Below are positions 21,437 through 33,003 of a DNA stretch of 64,000 nucleotides, one piece after another (position 1 is the first letter of the stretch; each line of letters opens with the position of its first letter). The notes under the pieces were generated by a model. That model was not told the origin of the DNA. It saw nothing but the letters and a program-made list of their open reading frames with translations, and did no database searches. The position numbers and the translations under genes were made by a program. Source of the DNA: Thecamonas trahens ATCC 50062 (taxonomy: Eukaryota > Protista > Apusomonadida); the NCBI RefSeq assembly GCF_000142905.1, contig NW_013657673.1:62001-126000 (forward strand), written 5' to 3'.

Positions 21437-23053
21437 ATGCGGAACATGAAGATGACGATGGGCGTATTGCTTGGCGTCCTGGTGATGGCGATGGTGGTGG
21501 TGAACGTTGTGGCTGGACATCCGTCGTACATGGGGGCGACGCCGCGGTGCCAGGAGATCATGACGCGGATGCGCGGAGCAGACTGGCCGTCCGAGGTGCT
21601 TGACCTCAAGGACTGCTACCTGAAGTACCTGCCTGCCGAGGTCGGGCTCCTCACCCACCTGACCAAGCTGGATCTGACCGGCAACGATCTGGACGAGCTC
21701 CCGTTCAACTTTGGCAACCTAGTGAACTTGCGCGAGCTCTCGCTGTGGGCCAACGAGTGGGAGCATGTGCCTGAGGAGCTCAAGGGCCTCAAGAGCCTGG
21801 AGGTGCTTGATCTCTCGTACATGAAGCTCAAGGTCCTGCCCGAGTGGCTGGCCACCGAGTTCCCCAAGCTCAAGCGATTCTCGGCGCACGGCAACGGCAT
21901 CACCAAGATGCCGGACTCGTTTGCGTCGCTGCAGCTCGAGTACCTCAACCTGTACAACAACTCGCTGCACGAGCTTCCGTCGTGGATCTGCGAGATGACG
22001 TCGCTCAAGGAGCTGCACATTTCGCACAACGAGATTGCCACCATTCCCGACTGCATCGACAACCTGGTCGACCTTGAGGTCCTTGGTCTGTGGGACAACG
22101 ACATCCACACCATTCCCGAGTCTGTGGGCAACCTGCGCAACGTGCGGCTGGTCTCGTTTGCCGGCAACGCGCTGCACTCGCTCCCGGACAACTTGTATAA
22201 CCACTGGACCCACATCGATGACCTCGACCTCTCCAACAACGAGTTCTCGTCCATCCCAGCCGTCGTCCTCTCCATGTCGCACATCAAGGAGCTGCACCTT
22301 CACGGCAACTACCTGACGAGCGATAAGCTGCCGGCCGACCTCCGCTCGCTGCCCAACCTCGAGTACCTTTCGCTCGGTCACAACCGGCTCAACAGCCTCC
22401 CGCCCAACTTTCTAGCTGGCCTCTCCAAGCTCCGCCGCCTTGACCTCTCGCACAACTCGTTCACCGAGTTCCCGGCTGCTGTTGCCGCCGTCGCACCGCA
22501 GCTCGAGCTCTTCAACATCCACGTCAACGACATCAAGTCGATTCCCGACAACGTCCTCAGTTCCATGACCTCGATGCAGAAGCTCGACCTGCGCGAGACT
22601 GGCCTCACCTCGCTCCCGACCTCGCTCGGCACCCTGACCCAGCTCGAAGTCCTCGACATCGGCAACAACAAGATCGGCCCGCGGCTGCCCAACTTTTTGG
22701 CCTCGCTCGTCAACCTGCGCAAGCTCGCCATCTGGTCGTGTGGCCTCACTGAGCTCCCGTCGTGGATCGGCAACCTGCGCAATCTGGAGGAGATTGACTT
22801 TTCGTCCAACGACATCACCTCGTTCCCCAAGTCGTTTGAGCTCTGCTCCAAGCTCAAGGTCCTCCACATGCACTACAATCAAGTCTCCCACTTTCCCGAG
22901 TACCTCGGCACCTTTTCCGACCTCGAGGTCATCGACATCTACGACAACCCCATCCAGCACCTGCCCACTGGCTTCTGCGACGGCTCGCACCCGGTCTCGG
23001 AGCGCATGGCCTACTGGTGCTTTGCCCTCGCCGGCGGCCATGACGAGCTGTAG
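21437..23053 (+). CDS. LRR-only protein with signal peptide and C-terminal HDEL (predicted ER-luminal)
   Basis: Hydrophobic leader MKMTMGVLLGVLVMAMVVVNVVAG, about 20 consecutive 23-24 aa LRRs, no TM segment, ends GGHDEL-stop. Confidence 0.9.
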   Translation: MRNMKMTMGVLLGVLVMAMVVVNVVAGHPSYMGATPRCQEIMTRMRGADWPSEVLDLKDCYLKYLPAEVGLLTHLTKLDLTGNDLDELPFNFGNLVNLRELSLWANEWEHVPEELKGLKSLEVLDLSYMKLKVLPEWLATEFPKLKRFSAHGNGITKMPDSFASLQLEYLNLYNNSLHELPSWICEMTSLKELHISHNEIATIPDCIDNLVDLEVLGLWDNDIHTIPESVGNLRNVRLVSFAGNALHSLPDNLYNHWTHIDDLDLSNNEFSSIPAVVLSMSHIKELHLHGNYLTSDKLPADLRSLPNLEYLSLGHNRLNSLPPNFLAGLSKLRRLDLSHNSFTEFPAAVAAVAPQLELFNIHVNDIKSIPDNVLSSMTSMQKLDLRETGLTSLPTSLGTLTQLEVLDIGNNKIGPRLPNFLASLVNLRKLAIWSCGLTELPSWIGNLRNLEEIDFSSNDITSFPKSFELCSKLKVLHMHYNQVSHFPEYLGTFSDLEVIDIYDNPIQHLPTGFCDGSHPVSERMAYWCFALAGGHDEL

Positions 23054-23099
23054 ATGGCAGCGCGACTTGTAAAGCCATCCTTCCCCCCTACCTGAATGT

Positions 23100-23999
23100 T
23101 TACTCCTCCATGGCCTTCGGGTCGACCACGTACGACGGCGCAGGCTCTGTGTGTGCCGGGTACAGCTTGCCGCCCGTCGCCTCGACCGCCGCCATCAGTG
23201 CCGCGAGCGAGACGCAGCCGGCCACCGACGCGCCCAGCGACCGCGACCGGACACCAAGCGTCGACCCAGCCGCGCACCCGGCGATGACCGCGTTCCATGC
23301 ATCGTTCTTGTTCCGCACAGACCGCACAACGCACTCGGACGCCGCAAACACCGCACTCACGGATGCAAACAGCAGCGCTTGCGACCTATCCACTCCACGG
23401 AGCCCAGAACCGTCCAGCGTCCGCGGCCCAGACAGAGAGTGCCCACAGCCGAGTGCCCACAGCCCACGCCCCGTCCGCAACGTTCCGCCGCCAGCCACAC
23501 CACAACCACACAACCACACACACACATACACACATACATACATACATACATACATACATACATAAACACACACCCCAACCATAAGTCGTCCAGTCAGCCC
23601 TTCCTCCCCACACACACACACCCTCCCGCCGCATGCCTGCAAAACCTACCGAATGACGCCAAACGAGTTGCGCAGCGCCGCCGAAGACTGGCCACGCAGC
23701 ACGGGCGCGTCGTTCCATGCAGCCTACAACACACAAGGGAACAGCCACACAAATGCATAACGTTGGTGAGTGTGGACAGAGTACAGCATATGCGCCCCTC
23801 GCTCCCTTCCATGCCAGGTCACGACCTGCCCTCCCGCCAGCCGCGCATCCGAATTTTACGGGCCTTTCTCGGCCGCCACTCCCCACCCCACCGGCAACAG
23901 CTCCGCCCCACGTACACTAATAGCACCAAACATGCCGCCACCCACAAGACCAGCCGCTGCTGCCGTCCCGGTCCGCCCCACGCACGAGTCCGAAGCCAT
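23100..23999 (-). CDS. NDUFA11: Complex I subunit NDUFA11/B14.7 (Tim17/22/23 family); exons 23999-23916, 23723-23650, 23385-23100
   Basis: Spliced product MASDSC...GLVGGGMFGAISAAWNDAPVL...LLFASVSAVFAASECVVRSVRNKNDAWNAVIAGCAAGSTLGVRSRS; GT-AG introns with consistent phases. Confidence 0.8.
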
Positions 24000-24464
24000 G
24001 GCTCTCCTTGTACGAGTCGAGTTGCTCTCACCGCCGCACAGCCGCTGCCCGCCTCCCCTTCCCCCTCTCCCCCCCCCTTCCCCCCCCATTCCCAACCACC
24101 GCCCGCCGAACCACCTACCCGTTTCCGAACACAAACACGATCACGATCATGATCAAGCACCGGCCAAGGTCACCGTCCTCCACCACCACACCCACCATGA
24201 CTCGCACCACCCCACCCACCACACCCACACCCACACTTTCCCTCTCGCCCTCCTCCTTTATTCTTCCCCCCCTCCCCTCCTTCCCTGCCCTTCCTCCTCC
24301 TTTCCCACACTCCGTGCCACACACACACCGCCCGTGCTACCCCGTGGCAAGTGAAGCCCTTCCGTCGCACGCGTTCCTGGCCACACCCCGCCACACCCTT
24401 ACCCCCCCCCCCCCCTACTCCCAACCCACCCCCAACCCACCCCTTTCCCAACTCGACACCCACC

Positions 24465-25528
24465 ATGCGGTACGCAAGCTGTTGTCCTCCCCTCCCTCCC
24501 TCCCTCCCCCCCCTCCCTTCTCCCTCCTCCCTCCTCACTCTCACACCTCCCTTGCCTTGAAACGCTACAGTGCTGGCCGCAGACGTGGGCAATCTGTCTC
24601 AGGCCCTCCGCCGTTTGTCGACCTCGGCCCGCCGCCTACGGCAGACGCAGCAAACTCGCAGGAGAAACTGCAGGAGAGCACAGAGCAGGCACCACCTGCG
24701 CGTCCGAAGAGACCATCTCGCCCGGCTTCCCGGCCCAAGCCGACGGCACTTGCGCCTTCAGGCAATCCAGCAGCGGCGGCGCTGGCGGCAGGCCCACCGC
24801 CGCCGAGTGCCACGACAGAAGAGGCGCCGGTCCGTCGCGGGCGCCGGCGATCGGTGTCGCGCCGGTCGGGTGGGCCGCCGGTTGATCTGACCATGTCGGA
24901 AGAGGAGATTGCGGCTTTCAAAGCGCAAGAGGCGGCCGGCGGCAGCGCCTTTGGTGCCAACGGCGGCGGCAGCGGCGGGGCGGCGGCCGCAACAGACGTT
25001 GTCCTCGTCAATGGGCACGTAATTCAGACCGACGTGGCCATGCTGACGCGGCCGCGGTCGGACACCGGGTTCCAGGCGCGGTGGCGCAAGCGGGTCGACT
25101 TGCGCGAGATGTGCACCCGCAAGCTCGCCGAGCTGGAGCGTGAGAAGGAGAGCAAGTATGACGAAGACCAGATGGACGAGTCGGACTTTGAGGACATTGC
25201 CAACGTCATCCTCGAGTTTGACAAGAGCACGCTCAAGCACATGAAGCAGTGCACCGATGAAGAGTGTCCGGACGGGTGCATGCCGCTCCTGCAGCCGGTC
25301 ATTCGCAAAGCGCTCAAGCTGTATGCCAAGTTTAACCAGCTCGAGTCCCGCGAGACCGTCTGCAACGAGCTCGTCCGCAAAACCACGGCGTCACAGCGGG
25401 TGGCGCCCAAGAAGAAGCGCATGTCGATGAACGTGCAGAACTTTGCGCTCAAGGCTCTTGTCGACTCTTTCCTTGTCGAGATGTTCTCGGACATTGCGCC
25501 TGAGGACGACGCCGAAGCGCCGCATTGA
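24465..25528 (+). CDS. Hypothetical protein; exons 24465-24469 and 24571-25528
   Basis: ATGCG|GTACGC..TACAG splice is in frame; disordered N-half and helical C-half with strong codon bias. Confidence 0.7.
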
Positions 25529-25553
25529 ACGCTGGCTTGCGAGCCTCCCACAC

Positions 25554-26573
25554 CTACGGAGCACCGAGCTCTTCGACCGCATTCATGCGCGAGCGGAGAT
25601 AGCCGCCAAAGACGCCCAGCGCGTGGTTGACGTCCGACACCACCCACTTGGGCTCGTCGGCCGGAAGCTCGAGCGAAAGCACAATCTCGTGGCGGAGCCG
25701 GGTCCCGAGCCCGCCCGAGCCGCCCATTCCCTTGGCAGTCATGACCTTAAACGGCCCAAAGCTCTTTGCCTCGCGCATCATCGCCTCAAAGTCCGGGCCC
25801 TCGGCCGCAAACGAGCCGATGCCCGGCCCGCCGAGTGCGAGCATGACCGGCATGTCGATGCGGACAAGGACGTCGAACCTCGCGTACTCCGCCATGCACT
25901 CCTCCACAACGCTCGCAAGCGTCGTCGGCGCGTACCCATGCTCAGACGCAAACTCACCGATGGTCTGCGTCGGCATTCGAAGGCCCCACACGTTAGTGTG
26001 GCTCCCATCGTCATCGGCGGCCCCAAACGCCGCGCCCACCGCACGGACCTTGACCTTTGGCCGGATCATTTCCACCAGCGGCGCAGAGAGAAGGACCGGC
26101 GGGACGGTCTCGTTCCGCGCACCGGGCGCGACAACCTCGGACAGAAACTCGACGTCAAACATGTGCGGCTTGGCCGACCAGCTCTTGAGCGCAGGGTCGG
26201 CGAGGAGCGCCCGGAACGCCGCCAGCGCTCCAGCCTCGAGCGCGCCGGGTGTCCAGAACGGCGGCGGCAGGAGCCGCTTCATCGAGCTTGAGCAGAGCAG
26301 TGACATGACTCGCGCCATGATCGGCACACGCGTTAGCGCATTGCCCGGAATAGCCAGCGGATGGACTCGTGCGCTGCCCTCGGCCCCTCCATCGCTGTCG
26401 CCGCCAAAGTGGCCAAACCCGGACGCCCGCGGGCCGGTCGCCGTGCTCAGCGCCCGCGCCGCCAGCCCTCCGCCCGCCACTCCAGCCGCCGGCACCATAC
26501 GCGGCACTGCACGCGGCACAGCTCCCCAGTACACCGCCCCTCGCATCATCGTCCGTCCCAGACTCGCCGCCAT
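25554..26573 (-). CDS. Predicted mitochondrial protein, possibly Tim44/MAIP1-like fold
   Basis: Arg/Ala-rich presequence ending RALST; GALAAFRALL helix and terminal PKWVVSDVNH strand; family call is tentative. Confidence 0.55.
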   Translation of the reverse strand: MAASLGRTMMRGAVYWGAVPRAVPRMVPAAGVAGGGLAARALSTATGPRASGFGHFGGDSDGGAEGSARVHPLAIPGNALTRVPIMARVMSLLCSSSMKRLLPPPFWTPGALEAGALAAFRALLADPALKSWSAKPHMFDVEFLSEVVAPGARNETVPPVLLSAPLVEMIRPKVKVRAVGAAFGAADDDGSHTNVWGLRMPTQTIGEFASEHGYAPTTLASVVEECMAEYARFDVLVRIDMPVMLALGGPGIGSFAAEGPDFEAMMREAKSFGPFKVMTAKGMGGSGGLGTRLRHEIVLSLELPADEPKWVVSDVNHALGVFGGYLRSRMNAVEELGAP

Positions 26574-27121
26574 CGTCCCCCTCGAGAGTCACGTGTGCTA
26601 CTCTGCTCGCGCCTCAGCTGTGTCGCGTCCGCCCGTTTGTCTCCTCGTTGTGACGACAGAGACGGGCCCATAACAATGGGAATAAAGCGCTTTTCACCGA
26701 TCAGAATCGTTGACGCAATTGTCCACAATCTTCCTTTGCTTATGATGTGTGTGATGGTGAGTGTGCACACAGCATACCGATTGTCGTCCCCAGCGTCGGC
26801 ACGGTTGTGATGCCAACAACCAATCCTGATCATCGTGATCCATGGGACGTTCACTTTGCGCTTGCTATGGGAAACCGCATCCGCCACCATCGGCGTCATT
26901 GTCTATCCTGCAGAGGAGGTAGACGTTGGTAGGGGAAGAGGAGAGGGTAGGCGAGCCAGCAAACCGCATCTTGCAATCAAGACATCATCGCATCTTTCTA
27001 TGGATAAGTTCCGGCCGGGATCGAGCCGGTTCCCCGTCGCTGCTGCCAATCGGCCAGTGACCGCCAGCGACCAGCCGTGGCGCCGCCCTCCCCCGTCCCC
27101 ACCCACTCGACTCTCACCGCC

Positions 27122-28762
27122 ATGGCTGACTACCGACGCGGGCGCAGACGGCAGCTGGATGCCAGTGCCTCCAGCGTAGTCATGCGGAACGTCATGGAGC
27201 GCCAGCTGATGCGTGATGCAGCTCGGCGGATCAAGAAGACGTCCAAGGGTGCGGCGTTCTCGGGCTTCTCCTTGCAGGGCGCCTTGGACACGTACGACCC
27301 GGAGACGTCCAAGATCAAGCTCTCCTTCCTCCGCAAACGCTCTCGGGTGGCAGAGATTATTGCTGCGGGCGAGCTCATTTTCGCCCTTACCCGCCATGGT
27401 GTCTGCGCCGCTTTCAACAGAGGTACGTGCCGTCTTCCTGGGCCCCCCCCCTCCCTGGCCGGTCGGTTCGTCGTGTCGCGCCCGCGCCCGCGCCCACCTC
27501 CCCCCACCCCCCAGCCGCCCTACGGCGGGCGCTGTGGGGTTGAAGAGGAAGACGAGAGGAGGGAAACTGGGGAAGGGGGTATGCCTATGGGCTGTTTGAC
27601 CCGTATGATGGTGGGGAGTCGCTAGGGTGGGCAGGGGAGGAGGGTAGGCTGGTTTGTAGGAACAAGGGCAGGGAGGGGAGGCGCCGAGTAGAAAGTGCGC
27701 GAAATGTCTCATTGGAGTTTCGCGCCAAATTGTGGGGCAGACACGATGACGCGGGTGTGCTACCTCAACATCACGCCTGCCGAGGTTGTGCGGTCGCTGT
27801 TTTACAACAAGGTCAACAAGTCGATCATTACTGTGTCTGTGTATCGGACGGACAACTTTTCGTCGCTGCGGTGCCGGACGACGCCGTTGGAGCACATTGC
27901 GCGCGGGCAGCCCGACGCCGGCTTTGCGCTCTTTGAGTCCGAGTCGCTGCGGTGGCCCGGGTTTGTGGAGTTTGACGACGTCAACGCCAAGGTGCTGACG
28001 TACTCTGCGGCGTCCAAAACGTACAAGGTGTGGGACCTGTCGAATTACACGCTGCTGTACGAGGTGCAGGATACGCGGATTCAGGAGATCAAGATCTCGC
28101 CGGGCATCATGCTGCTCATCTACCCGCGGACCACCTCGCACGTCCCGCTCAAGATCCTCAACATCGAGACTGGCGAGGTGCTGAAGGAGTTCAAGCATCT
28201 ACTCCACCGGAACAAGCGGGTCGACTTTATCGAGCAGTTCAACGAGAAGCTGCTCATCAAGCAGGAGAACGAGAACTTGCAGATCGTCGACGTGGAGTCG
28301 TCCAAGATCCTGGAGGTCTCCCAGACCGAGTTTGTCACGCCCAAGGCCTTTATCTTCCTCTACGACTGCCACCTCTTCCTCACTTTTCTCCAGTCGTCCA
28401 TTGCAGTGTGGAACTTCCGCGGCGAGCTGGTGACCAAGTTTGACGACCACCGGCTGCAGTTCCTCGACACGCACACCAACAACATCTACATCAACTCGCG
28501 GCAGGACACCATCATCTCGTACTGCAAGCAGCACGGAAACGCCAAGGGCTCCATCAACGTCTCGGACATCTTCACCGGCGCCTCGATCGGCAAGATTGCG
28601 CCCGAGGATGGCCTCTCGCCCGCTGCAGAGTCTGACGACCGCGCCGGGCCCGCCGCCCAGGCGGCCGCCCTCGACGATGTCACTGCCCTCTTCTATAACG
28701 AGGAGCGCAACGAGATTGTGACCGGCGACAACAGTGGCCGTATCCACATCTGGAGCAATTGA
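27122..28762 (+). CDS. Conserved WD40/beta-propeller protein of a plant/protist uncharacterised family; exons 27122-27422 and 27741-28762
   Basis: FLRKRSRVAEII, VRSLFYNK, LFESESLRWPGFVEFDDVNAKVLTYSA, VDFIEQFNEKLLIKQE, VTALFYNEERNEIVTG..G.IHIWSN. Confidence 0.88.
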
Positions 28763-28889
28763 GCTAGCGGCCGTGCAGGGCGGAGGCGCGGTCCGCTGCG
28801 GCCCGCGCCCGTCCCGGCACGCTCGGCATTAAACTGTTTGCGCCTCGCTCAGAAGAGGAAGATGAAGCGGTGGAGCGGGCTCTTGAGCC

Positions 28890-30583
28890 TCAGAGCGGTG
28901 GCCCGTCGCGGTGGATGAGCGCCCGGTACTCGCCAGCAACGTCGGCGTCGGCAAAAGTGGCGGCGTCATGGAAGAACGGGTGGTTGATAAGATCGACGAG
29001 CCGCGGGCGGCGGGCGGTGTGAAGGCAGCACCGGAGGATGCCGCGGAGGAACGGCTCGAGCGGGATTGAGGGCATGGCATGCGGGTCGGCGGCGTTGATG
29101 GGGTCGGTAGCGGTGAGCATGTAGAAGACCATGCGGCCAAAGGCCTTGACCAGCTCGTCCTCGAGCGACGTGTGGTAGCTCTTGCCTTGGGGCCGGTCCG
29201 AGAGCCACTCGAGGTCAAACAGCAGGATGCGGAGGCCATCGTCAGCGATGTGGACGTTGTGGACGGTGGGGACGGCAGCGAGGCGGAGGGTGCACATGTA
29301 GAGAATGTCCATCAGTGCAGTGAGCAGCGAGCGGCACCAGACCCGCATCACGTACTGCGTTCCTGAGAGCGTGCCGTACTTGGCTACGAGCTCGGTCAGC
29401 CGCATGGCCACCGGGACGTGCTCGAAAAAGTGCAGGACAGCGCCCTGTGGGCCAAACGGCTCCTCGCCGGGCGCTGGCTCGGCGATGCCGTCTTCGTCGG
29501 CGCCGCGATAGTCGATAAAGTGTGGCGAGAAAGCGAGCTGACGCAGGGCCTCGACGCGGTTGCAGAGCTTGCGAATCAGGCTCGACGACCTGCACGGGAG
29601 CCGGATGGTGAGGACGTGGACCTCAAAGTCCTTGTTGAGGTCGTAGCCGAGAGTCTCGCGGCCGAGCGCCGAGCGCCCGAGCTCGACCACCTTTTCGTAG
29701 TTGGGATAGTACACTCGCTTGACTGCAATGGAGTGCAGGTACTTGTCGATCTCGCGCCGGTGCGCCAGCTGATAGTCGTAGGCGGTGGCGCCATGGCGGC
29801 GGGCGCGGGCGGCGCCTGATGCGCCGGCCTCACCGGCCTCGTCGCCATCACCAGCAAGCCACCACGAACTCCCACCGGCATCGACAAGACCAAGCCTGTG
29901 GGCCCCACCGTGGCGGTCGTACTCGTCGTCGTCGAGCTTGTCCCAGAACAGGGTGGCCAGATCCTCCTCTCCGTGCTCGCCGACAAGGCGATCCTTCCAC
30001 TCTTGCATCGAGGCGACGACCGAGGCGTTCTCTGCGCAGAGCTGTTCGAGGAGTCTCAGAAGTTGTCTGGTCTCGTTCTTGGAGAACGCCTCTGTCTCCC
30101 AAAACTCAAACAGCTCGGTAATGTCGGCCACGTTGGCAAAGAGATGCCGGAGGGTGGCGTCGACCTCGACGGAGCGAGCCGAGGAGAACCTCAGGAGCAG
30201 CCGAGCCACAAAGCCCTGGTACGACAACGGGAGCTCACAGAGTTCGCTCAGCACGGCCTCATCCTCATCCAACACATGGCCATGTTCCACAAGCGCAGCC
30301 GCAAACGCTCGCCTAGTTCCCGCCCTCCCCGTCCCCGGTCACGTCACCTCGATGAGTCGCTCTCTGTCCGGCGCCAACGGACGCGGTCACGGCCGACGGC
30401 CGACGGCCATAGCCATAGCCATGGCCATAGCCATAGCCATAGCCGTATCCATATCCATGACCTGCACATCACTATTCATCATCACCTTCATCGCAAGGAA
30501 GCGTACCATTCCCCGATGGACGAAATCCGCTCACCGTCTGCTGCAGAGACTGCAAAGCAGCCACGGATCGAGGTGGCGTCCAT
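28890..30583 (-). CDS. Protein with C-terminal kinase-like (pseudokinase) domain; exons 30583-30507 and 30312-28890
   Basis: Kinase scaffold elements (YEKVVELGR, hinge FFEHVP..L..LV...G.L, W...LL.AL..I, AFG..V..ML, CL....RP....L..HPFF) without VAIK, HRD or DFG. Confidence 0.7.
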
Positions 30584-30863
30584 GTCACTCGCGAGTGAGG
30601 TGAGAGCTGCGTAGTCAAGTCGGGGCAGGGGGCAGGGAGGGGGGGGGGGGGGCACCAAATAGAATGACACTAGCCCAGCCCATGCACCCCGCGGAAGTCT
30701 CGGCCGACGCCAGGCCAACCCCATGCCGACCCCCAGGGTCCCGCAGCCTATTAACCAGGCAGCCGACCCTCCCCATGGCTCTCTGCCGCAACTAACATCG
30801 CCTAGCCCCCCCCCCCCCCCCCCCCTTGTGGTCCGGCATAATGCCTCGGCGATCGATCACACC

Positions 30864-30913
30864 ACCTGATCAAGCTACCTGATCAAGCTACCTGATCAAG
30901 CGACCTGATCAGG
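30864..30913. repeat. 13-bp unit x4 (acctgatcaagct) in the divergent promoter region upstream of the SAMHD1-like gene
   Basis: Direct tandem repeat; each unit carries the palindrome TGATCA. Confidence 0.85.
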
Positions 30914-31012
30914 CGAAGTGATAAAACTCGCGCGCGCGCGAAGCACCTCACCCTCACGGCCCCACCTTGCGGCGAGCACCCCTCCACTCTCCCCACCTGT
31001 ACAACAACAGCC

Positions 31013-32620
31013 ATGTCGCAGCCTGTGGACGCCCGGGGCAAGGCCGGGAAGATTCTCAATGACCCCATTCATGGACATATGCACTTTTCAGCCAAGCTCA
31101 TGGCCGTGGTCGACACGCCGCAGTTTCAGCGACTGCGCGAGTTGAAGCAGCTCGGCTCGACGTACTTTGTCTTTCCTGGCGCCAGTCACAACCGCTTCGA
31201 GCACTCTCTTGGTGTCTCACACTTGGCTGGCAAGCTAGTGCGGACGCTGGCGAGCAAGCAGCCGGAGCTGGGCATTGATGATCGGGATATCTTTCTCGTC
31301 GAGCTCTCCGGCCTCTGCCATGATCTCGGTCACGGTCCCTTCTCCCACGCCTTTGAGAAGATCATCAACAACCTCGAGCCGGACCTCGGCTTCCACCACG
31401 AAAACATGTCGCAGGCCATCTTTCGTGACATCATGGACGAGCACGATCTGTATGACGAGCTCGACATGACCGACGAGGACGTGGCCTCGGTCCTGCAGCT
31501 CATCTCGGGCGTCAAGGACGAGGCTGCCAAGCGCGAGAAGCCGTTCCTCTACGACATTGTGGCCAACGCTCGCAACGGCATCGATGTCGACAAGCTTGAC
31601 TACCTCGCACGCGACGCATACAACGTCGGCGTCAAGTCGACGTACGACTTTGAGCGGCTGTTCTCGTTCTGCAAGGTCATCGACGGCGAGATCTGCTTCT
31701 ACGTCAAGGAGGCGTTCAACCTCTACCAGATGTTCCACACCCGCTACTCGCTGCACAAGCAGGTCTACACACACAAGACCTCGTGCGCTATCGAGTTTAT
31801 GATCCAGGACATCCTCAAGGGCGCGTACTCGTACCTCAAGCTCGCCGACGCCATCGCCGACGGCGGCGTCAAGGCCTACCTCCGCCTCACCGACTCGATC
31901 CTGCGGACGGTGGAGAACGCGACCGAGGCCGAGCGGGCGGCAGACAAGGGCCTCGCTACCGCGCACGCCATCCTCACCCGCCTCCACTGCCGCCAGCTCT
32001 ACGCCTTTGTCGACCAGATCGTCCTCCCGCCCCACGCCACCTCAACCATCCCTACCGTCGATGACATCATGGCCCACCACTCGACCTCGTTCATCAATCT
32101 CGATCCGGCAGACGTCATTGTCGACGTCTTCAAGCTCAACTACTCCAAGAAGGATGAGAACCCGGTCGACTTTGTCCACTTTTACACCCACTTTGAGTCC
32201 GAGGACAAGATCACCATCGCCGCCGACAAGGTCTCGCAGCTCATCCCGTCGTCGTTCCAGGAAGTCGGCATCCGCATCTTCCTCCGCACTCGCGCCTCAG
32301 ATTCCATGTACGCCGCTCGCACTGCCTTCCGCTCCTGGTGCCGTGCCATGAAGACGACCTCGCCGTTCCCCTCTGGCCCAGTCCTCACCCGCCAGCCCTC
32401 TGCCGCAGCCTCGTCCTCTACCGCCACCGCTGTCGCCGCCGCCCGCGCCTCGCAAGCCTCGTCCATCACCTCAACCCTCTCATCGTCCATCCTCTCTCTC
32501 GATGATGACGACGATGACGACGACGACACCTTCCCCACCTCGCCGTCCACCCGGCGCGATCCACCGTCTGCCTTTGGCAAGTTTGCCCCGGGGCCTCTCA
32601 AGCGGCAAAAAACGTTGTGA
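31013..32620 (+). CDS. SAMHD1: SAMHD1-like HD-domain dNTP triphosphohydrolase (no SAM domain)
   Basis: NDPIHGH, DTPQFQRLRELKQLG..YFVFPGASHNRFEHSLGV, LCHDLGHGPFSH, FLYDIVANARNGIDVDKLDYLARD, LHKQVYTHK. Confidence 0.93.
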   Translation: MSQPVDARGKAGKILNDPIHGHMHFSAKLMAVVDTPQFQRLRELKQLGSTYFVFPGASHNRFEHSLGVSHLAGKLVRTLASKQPELGIDDRDIFLVELSGLCHDLGHGPFSHAFEKIINNLEPDLGFHHENMSQAIFRDIMDEHDLYDELDMTDEDVASVLQLISGVKDEAAKREKPFLYDIVANARNGIDVDKLDYLARDAYNVGVKSTYDFERLFSFCKVIDGEICFYVKEAFNLYQMFHTRYSLHKQVYTHKTSCAIEFMIQDILKGAYSYLKLADAIADGGVKAYLRLTDSILRTVENATEAERAADKGLATAHAILTRLHCRQLYAFVDQIVLPPHATSTIPTVDDIMAHHSTSFINLDPADVIVDVFKLNYSKKDENPVDFVHFYTHFESEDKITIAADKVSQLIPSSFQEVGIRIFLRTRASDSMYAARTAFRSWCRAMKTTSPFPSGPVLTRQPSAAASSSTATAVAAARASQASSITSTLSSSILSLDDDDDDDDDTFPTSPSTRRDPPSAFGKFAPGPLKRQKTL

Positions 32621-33003
32621 TGCAAGAGGAGAGAGCGAAGAGGAACGAGGGAGGAGGGTGGAAGAAGAATCAGAGGAAGAAGAGAAAGAGGCTGAGACAG
32701 AACATAAGAAGAGGAGAAAATAATCAATATCTCCATCGATTAACATGTGATGTGCTGCCTTCCCCCCCCCCCCCCCCCCCTCCCCTCCCCAGCAGCTGCC
32801 TCGACTGGCATATGCCGCTACCAAGTCACCCCACGACGAACGCCTTCGGCAACCACTCCCCCACGCCACCACCACCACCACCACCACCACCACCACCACC
32901 ACCACCACCACCACCACCACCACCACCACGTCACCCCCCTCCTCCCCCCACACCAAACCCCACCCCTACCCCACCCCTACCCCCACCCCCTCCACCCCTT
33001 CAC

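Noticed and set aside
25080-25200. Resemblance of RKRVDLREMCTRKLAEL to CPI-17/PPP1R14 inhibitors
   Set aside because: Similarity is too short, and the phospho-Thr motif is not evident
32617-33003. Poly-proline N-terminus of the 1221-aa ORF
   Set aside because: It translates C-rich (CCA)n intergenic or intronic sequence typical of non-coding DNA in this genome
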